IMG/VR virus record: IMGVR_UViG_3300032226_000551
Span: 50,348-114,347 of that record
Length of the DNA stretch: 64,000 bases
Source of the DNA: a virus
Taxonomy: Duplodnaviria > Caudoviricetes
Reading direction: 5' to 3' (one strand)
The translations under genes and the position numbers were made by a program. Below are positions 58,975-64,000 of the stretch, piece by piece. Numbering within the stretch: the first letter of the stretch is position 1; every line of letters begins with the position of its first letter. The notes beneath the pieces are model-generated. The model made no database searches. It was given only the letters and a program-made list of their open reading frames with translations, and was not told where the DNA came from.

Positions 58975-59379
58975 ATGAAAGAAAAATGGATTTCTGCATA
59001 CATTGATATTGCTGAAAGAATATCGTTATTATCTAATGCAAAAAGATTAAAAGTGGGTGCTATTATAGTCAAGGATCATAGAATAATTTCAATGGGTTAT
59101 AATGGTACACCTACTGGATGGGATAATGTCTGTGAAGATGAAAATAATAAAACAAAACCGGAAGTTATACATGCCGAAATGAATTGTATTCAAAAATTAG
59201 CAAAAAGTAATGATTCCGGTGAAGATTCTATAATGTTTATAACTCATGCACCATGTATAAATTGCGCGAAATCTATATATGGATCTGGAATAAAAAAAGT
59301 TTTTTATAAAAATTTATATAGAACTGATGAAGGATTAAATTTTTTAAACAATTGTAATATTTATACATTTAAAGTATAA
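58975..59379 (+). CDS. dCMP deaminase
   Basis: VGAIIV, GYNGTP, HAEMN, THAPCINCAK. Confidence 0.92.
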   Translation: MKEKWISAYIDIAERISLLSNAKRLKVGAIIVKDHRIISMGYNGTPTGWDNVCEDENNKTKPEVIHAEMNCIQKLAKSNDSGEDSIMFITHAPCINCAKSIYGSGIKKVFYKNLYRTDEGLNFLNNCNIYTFKV

Positions 59380-59388
59380 ATATCTTAC

Positions 59389-59981
59389 ATGCGGAAACTA
59401 AAAAAATTTAAACATAAACATCACATAATACCTAAACATATGGGAGGCACAGATGATCCCCAAAATATTATAGAACTAACTCCAAAACAACACGCTAAAG
59501 AGCATTTAAAACTTTATAAAAAATACGGAAAACAAGAAGATTTGTGTGCATTTTATCTTTTAACAAAAGATCCTAGAGGACCACAAGCTTTATGTAGTTT
59601 AGGTGGAAAAATTCAAGGAAAAAAAATGCAGAATCTGGACATATTCAAAAAATATCAAAAGCTTTAACAAAAGAACAAAGATCTTTATTTGGTAAAATGT
59701 CTGCAAAAAAATGCAAAGAACTCCAAATAAATGCATTTTTTGATTTAAATCTTAGAAATAAGATATGTAAAATGGGTGGTAAAATTCAAGGCAAAATAAA
59801 TGCAAAAAATGGACATTTAAAAAATATTTCAAAAGAATACTGGAAAGACGTAAAAACGGGAAAAATAAAAAGAGAAAAAAGAATATGGATATATTCGGAT
59901 TCTTTACAAAAAAGTTTTTTTGTTGCAAAAAACAAAAAACTCCCAGAAGGATTTAAATATGGAAGAAAATACAAAAAATAG
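59389..59981 (+). pseudogene. HNH homing endonuclease interrupted by a -1 frameshift at an A8 tract
   Basis: HHIIPKHMGGTDDPQNIIELTPKQHAKEH; a -1 shift at 59619-59626 joins ORF 59389 to ORF 59697. Confidence 0.75.
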
Positions 59982-60015
59982 TTTTATAATATCGAGTGTA
60001 TAAAAATAGATTGAT

Positions 60016-60417
60016 TTAAACCAAACTATCATCCCAACAGAAAACAACATTATCATATTTTTCTAATTTTTTTACTAAATTATGTCTAATTAGTTTTTCC
60101 CATATATAAAACTTGTTAGCTAGTCCACCACCCAATTGTGATATAAAAAACTTTTTATCTGGTCTTTTTTCTATAATTTTATTTAATTTTTCCAATTCTT
60201 CAAAAAAAACCGGAGAGTATTCTACTGGTTTGTAAAAGGAAGAGTCTTTATTGTCTGGATATTTTTTTGTTATAAATCCTATTGCGTGTGGATGATCTCG
60301 TAAAAATGCTGCGCCACCATAACCTTCTCTTATTAAATTGTCACCAAATACAAAATAATAATTTGGATTTTCGTCTAAAAACTGATGAGTTACTGTTATA
60401 TTTTTGTAAACGGACAT
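60016..60417 (-). CDS. Conserved-type phage hypothetical protein
   Basis: FVFGDNL...GGAA...IGFITKK...LGGGLA. Confidence 0.65.
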   Translation of the reverse strand: MSVYKNITVTHQFLDENPNYYFVFGDNLIREGYGGAAFLRDHPHAIGFITKKYPDNKDSSFYKPVEYSPVFFEELEKLNKIIEKRPDKKFFISQLGGGLANKFYIWEKLIRHNLVKKLEKYDNVVFCWDDSLV

Positions 60418-60485
60418 ATAAATATATTATATACAAATAATCCAGCAAATATCAAGTTTAAAAAGATAAATATCTTGTAATAAAC

Positions 60486-63455
60486 ATGAGATTTGATTTT
60501 CCAACACACAGAAGCGGCGACACATGGAGAGGGGTCGATTCATTAACAATAAAAGATGATAACAATTTTGTTGTTGATTTAACTGATTGTAAACTATATA
60601 TACAATTTCGCTCTATTTATAATTTAGCTAGTCCAGTTGTTCTTTTATTATCAACAGAAAATAATACTATAACTTTAACAAATCCAACATCTGGTATAAT
60701 ATCTATACCAAAACAAATTATAAACGTTCCTGTTGGTAGATATAGATATGATTTACAAGTAGATTTTCCTGATGGTGTTTCTAATACGTATTTATATGGT
60801 GAATGGGAAATAATACCCGGTATAACGACTCCTAGTTTTGATTCTACTGTCAATAGTAGATTTAATGCAATAAAAATAAATTCATTAATATCTTTAGTAA
60901 GCTCCAATTCCGCAATGTGGGGTTACATGGGAACGGATATAAAAAATCTTACAGCATATTGGCAAAATGCATCAACATTTGTACATAACAATTCTGCAAA
61001 ATGGGAATTAGAATCCTTAGTTAAAGAATTATCTGCTTATTTTCAAGATTCTTATAAAAATTTAAGTTCACTAACAACAATTGTACAAAACAATTCATCA
61101 AGTTGGGCAATCGACTCTTTAGTAAGAGCATATTCCGCTAATTGGGAAAAATCTTATACATTAACAATTAATAACAGTTCAAATTGGATATCGACATATA
61201 CTTTAGTAAGGGATACCAGTTCTAATTGGGATTCTGTTTATACTTCTGTTAAAGATGCAAGTGGTATTTGGGATTCTGTTTATAGTAGTGTTCTAAACAC
61301 ATCTGGTAATTGGGATTCTGTTTATAGTTCTGTAAAAGATACAAGTGGTAATTGGGATTCTGTTTATAGTTCCGTTCTAAACACATCTGGTAATTGGGAT
61401 TCTGTTTATACTTCTGTTAAAGATGCAAGTGGTATTTGGGATTCTGTATATACTTCTGTTAAAAACATAAGTGGTAACTGGGATTCTGTATACACTTCGG
61501 TAAAAAACACCAGTGCAAACTGGGATTCTGTATACACTTCGGTAAAAAACACCAGTGCGAACTGGGATTCGGTTTATACTTCTGTTAAAGATACAAGTGG
61601 TAATTGGGATTCGGTTTATACTTCTGTTAAAGATGCAAGTGGTAATTGGAACTCTGTCTATACTAGTGTTCTAAACACAAGTTCTAACTGGGATTCGGTA
61701 TACACTTCGGTAAAAGATACTTCTGGTAACTGGGATTCGGTTTATAGTAGTGTTCTAAACACTTCTGGTAACTGGGATTCTGTATATACATCGGTAAAAG
61801 ATACAAGCGGTAATTGGAATTCTGTTTATACATCAGTAAAAGATACATCTGGTAACTGGGATTCTGTATATACCAGCGTTCTAAACACTTCTTCTGATTG
61901 GAATTCTGTATATTCATCTGTTTTAAACACAAGTGGTAACTGGGATTCGGTTTATACCAGCGTTCTAAACACTTCTTCTGATTGGAATTCTGTATATTCA
62001 TCTGTTTTAAACACTTCTGCTGATTGGAACTCTGTTTATACTTCTGTAAAAGACACAAGTGGTAATTGGGATTCTGTATATACCAGTGTTTTAAACACTT
62101 CTGGTAACTGGGACTCTGTTTATACCTCTGTAAAAAACACAAGTGGTAATTGGGATTCTGTTTATAGTACAGTTTTAAACACTTCTGCTGATTGGGATTC
62201 TGTATATTCTACATATAATAAAAATAGTGCAACATACGCAACATTAAAATACGTTGATAATAACTTTTTAGCTTTAAGTGGTGGAAGATTAACTGGTGAT
62301 TTAATAGTGGATGGAAATTTCACTATACTTGGTGATTATTCCCAAGTAGATACAATAATAACTACAACAAGTTCAATCGAAATAACAAACGAAGGATCTG
62401 CACCAGCTTTAAAGGTCACACAAAAAGGATCTGCTAATGTTGCTGAATTTTATGACGATTCACAAACAGCTTTAATAATAAAAGATGGTGGAAATGTAGG
62501 AATAGGAACAGATCAACCAAATCAGAAACTAACAGTAAATGGTTCAATAAGTTCAAATTCTGTAATTTATGATGTTTCTGGTAACAGTATAGAATGGAAC
62601 ACGGCATATACAAATTTTAAAAATACAAGTTCAATATTGGATTCGGTTTTTACAACGGTAAATAAAAATTCTTCTGTAAATTGGAGTAGAGATGCTGAAT
62701 ATGCAGAACTTAAAGCTTTAAGTAGTACTTGGATTTCTACTCATACTACCGTATCTCAAAATTCAGCCGAATGGTTAAGTGATTTTTCAATAACACAAGA
62801 ATTTTTTGATGATTTTTTAACATTAGGTGCTGCATCAACATTACCTAATGCATTTTTAAAACCTGCAAACTTGGGTGGTGCTATATTCGTAGGACCAGAA
62901 AATTCAAAACAAGGAGTTTTAATATTAAGTACTAATCCCCTAGCATCAGCTAACCAAAGAAGCGGTGTTACATCGAATTCAACCATTCATTTTGGTGAAG
63001 GAACAGAATATAGATTGATATTTTCTGCTAGAAAAGGAATTAATAGTTTTAATTCTTCGATTTCTGGAAAAATTGATATGGGTTTTCATAATCAAATTGC
63101 AACAAATAGTGATTATCCTTCATATGGTTGTTATTTTTCATCAGAAAATGGTGAAACATGGAAAGCAATTTCTTTAAAACAACCATTAATACCAGAAATA
63201 ACCGATACAAATGTACAATGTGATGATATTTGGAGAACATTTGAAATAAAAATAGATAAAAATGCTAATGTAGCACAGTTTTATATTGACAATTCTCTTG
63301 TTGCAACACATACACAGTCTATACCAAAAGGTTTAGACACACAAACAGCTATTGGTTATAGATGTTTTAGAAAATCTAAAGAAAAATTAAACGTTGAATT
63401 GAGAATAGATTGGCAATCATTAATAATGAAAAGAAATAATCAACTTTGGAAATAA
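60486..63455 (+). CDS. Tail fibre/adhesin-like protein
   Basis: BppU-like N-terminus (RSGDTW...YRYDLQV), 14-aa tandem repeats, GNVGIGT motif, beta-sandwich/lectin-like C-terminus (WRTFEI...FYIDN). Confidence 0.7.
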   Translation: MRFDFPTHRSGDTWRGVDSLTIKDDNNFVVDLTDCKLYIQFRSIYNLASPVVLLLSTENNTITLTNPTSGIISIPKQIINVPVGRYRYDLQVDFPDGVSNTYLYGEWEIIPGITTPSFDSTVNSRFNAIKINSLISLVSSNSAMWGYMGTDIKNLTAYWQNASTFVHNNSAKWELESLVKELSAYFQDSYKNLSSLTTIVQNNSSSWAIDSLVRAYSANWEKSYTLTINNSSNWISTYTLVRDTSSNWDSVYTSVKDASGIWDSVYSSVLNTSGNWDSVYSSVKDTSGNWDSVYSSVLNTSGNWDSVYTSVKDASGIWDSVYTSVKNISGNWDSVYTSVKNTSANWDSVYTSVKNTSANWDSVYTSVKDTSGNWDSVYTSVKDASGNWNSVYTSVLNTSSNWDSVYTSVKDTSGNWDSVYSSVLNTSGNWDSVYTSVKDTSGNWNSVYTSVKDTSGNWDSVYTSVLNTSSDWNSVYSSVLNTSGNWDSVYTSVLNTSSDWNSVYSSVLNTSADWNSVYTSVKDTSGNWDSVYTSVLNTSGNWDSVYTSVKNTSGNWDSVYSTVLNTSADWDSVYSTYNKNSATYATLKYVDNNFLALSGGRLTGDLIVDGNFTILGDYSQVDTIITTTSSIEITNEGSAPALKVTQKGSANVAEFYDDSQTALIIKDGGNVGIGTDQPNQKLTVNGSISSNSVIYDVSGNSIEWNTAYTNFKNTSSILDSVFTTVNKNSSVNWSRDAEYAELKALSSTWISTHTTVSQNSAEWLSDFSITQEFFDDFLTLGAASTLPNAFLKPANLGGAIFVGPENSKQGVLILSTNPLASANQRSGVTSNSTIHFGEGTEYRLIFSARKGINSFNSSISGKIDMGFHNQIATNSDYPSYGCYFSSENGETWKAISLKQPLIPEITDTNVQCDDIWRTFEIKIDKNANVAQFYIDNSLVATHTQSIPKGLDTQTAIGYRCFRKSKEKLNVELRIDWQSLIMKRNNQLWK
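61218..62225 (+). repeat. 24 tandem 42-nt repeats encoding SGNWDSVYTSV(K/L)(D/N)T
   Basis: Counted directly; the units differ mainly at synonymous positions. Confidence 0.95.
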
Positions 63456-63487
63456 AAGAAAAATAAAATATAAGTATATAATAATAT

Positions 63488-64000
63488 ATGGCATCAGAAT
63501 ATCTTCTCTCACCACTAATTTCAAGCATACCATTAAATTCAAACGTTGGATTTAATAATTCTTGGATTGGTGTTAAAAATCCATTTGGTTTACCATTTTT
63601 TGCACAATTAACTTATGTAACAAATCTAGATGATTTAGTTTTAGAGATAGATGATTTAGAAGAATTAACAGAAAGAACTAATACTTTATTAGAAGTTTTA
63701 ACATCTTTTGGTTTACAAGAATTAACATATTTAGATAAGCTAACAAGTTTAGCACAAGAAATAGAAAACAATACAGATTTATTAGAACCTTTAATAATAG
63801 AGTCTAATACATTATTAAATTCTTTAACTAGTATTCAGGTTGATAAACAAAACCAGTTAATTGCTCTTGGTCATTCTTTAACATCAATACAAGTTGATAA
63901 ACAAGATCAATTAATTTCTCTTGGACATTCTTTAACTGCAAATACTGATGATTTAGAAGAACTTTTACATTCATTAACATCAATACAAGTTGATAAACAA
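63488..64000 (+). CDS. Coiled-coil repeat protein, 3'-truncated (absent from the ORF track)
   Basis: MASEYLLSP...; three SLTSIQVDKQ repeats; the frame is open to the window end; TAAGTA upstream. Confidence 0.75.
   Translation, partial: MASEYLLSPLISSIPLNSNVGFNNSWIGVKNPFGLPFFAQLTYVTNLDDLVLEIDDLEELTERTNTLLEVLTSFGLQELTYLDKLTSLAQEIENNTDLLEPLIIESNTLLNSLTSIQVDKQNQLIALGHSLTSIQVDKQDQLISLGHSLTANTDDLEELLHSLTSIQVDKQ

Noticed and set aside
61218-62225. CRISPR array
   Set aside because: The units are contiguous 42-mers with no unique spacers, and variation is mostly synonymous within an open frame.
2007-63240. Numerous 60-160 aa ORFs antisense to or nested in long genes (e.g. 7571-7933, 36598-37086, 48034-48471, 61684-62142)
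   Set aside because: They are shadow frames of well-supported genes, with no motifs or expression signals.
1-64000. Stop-codon reassignment (alternative genetic code)
   Set aside because: Core genes are full length in the standard code, and TGA and TAG both end genes at sensible positions.
1-64000. tRNA, rRNA or structured ncRNA genes
   Set aside because: Intergenic gaps are short and AT-rich, and no cloverleaf or T-loop signature was seen by eye; tRNAscan-SE or Infernal would be needed to exclude them formally.

Overview
A very AT-rich segment of a large T4-like (myovirus-type) bacteriophage genome in the standard genetic code; the host cannot be determined from the sequence. In order it contains: (1) a glycan-synthesis island (about 1-7.2 kb: glycosyltransferases, methyltransferases, DegT aminotransferase, FdtA-like isomerase) running into a replication/recombination block (gp46, a further glycosyltransferase, PolB/gp43, UvsX, gp41 helicase, DHH protein, gp32, gp45); (2) a mostly minus-strand tail/baseplate block (gp5 in two genes with an inserted M15 peptidase, hub, gp3, gp53, tape-measure-like, gp26/51-like, tube, sheath) that also holds the large terminase with a class 3 intein; (3) PhoH, neck protein and several small late proteins with capsid-targeting-like leaders; (4) a nucleotide-metabolism block (nrdB, ART-fold protein, nrdA, DNA methyltransferase, dCMP deaminase); (5) repeat-rich fibre proteins. 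The most striking feature is nrdA. It has one cis intein and is also fractured by a free-standing Vsr-like endonuclease gene inside a second intein. That intein is split between blocks A and B, and the break is flanked by what looks like a non-catalytic, intein-derived acidic/basic adapter pair. Many genes have a TAA(A/G)TA late-promoter motif only 5-7 nt before the start codon, which suggests widespread leaderless mRNAs. All product calls come from motif recognition by eye; no database searches were run.
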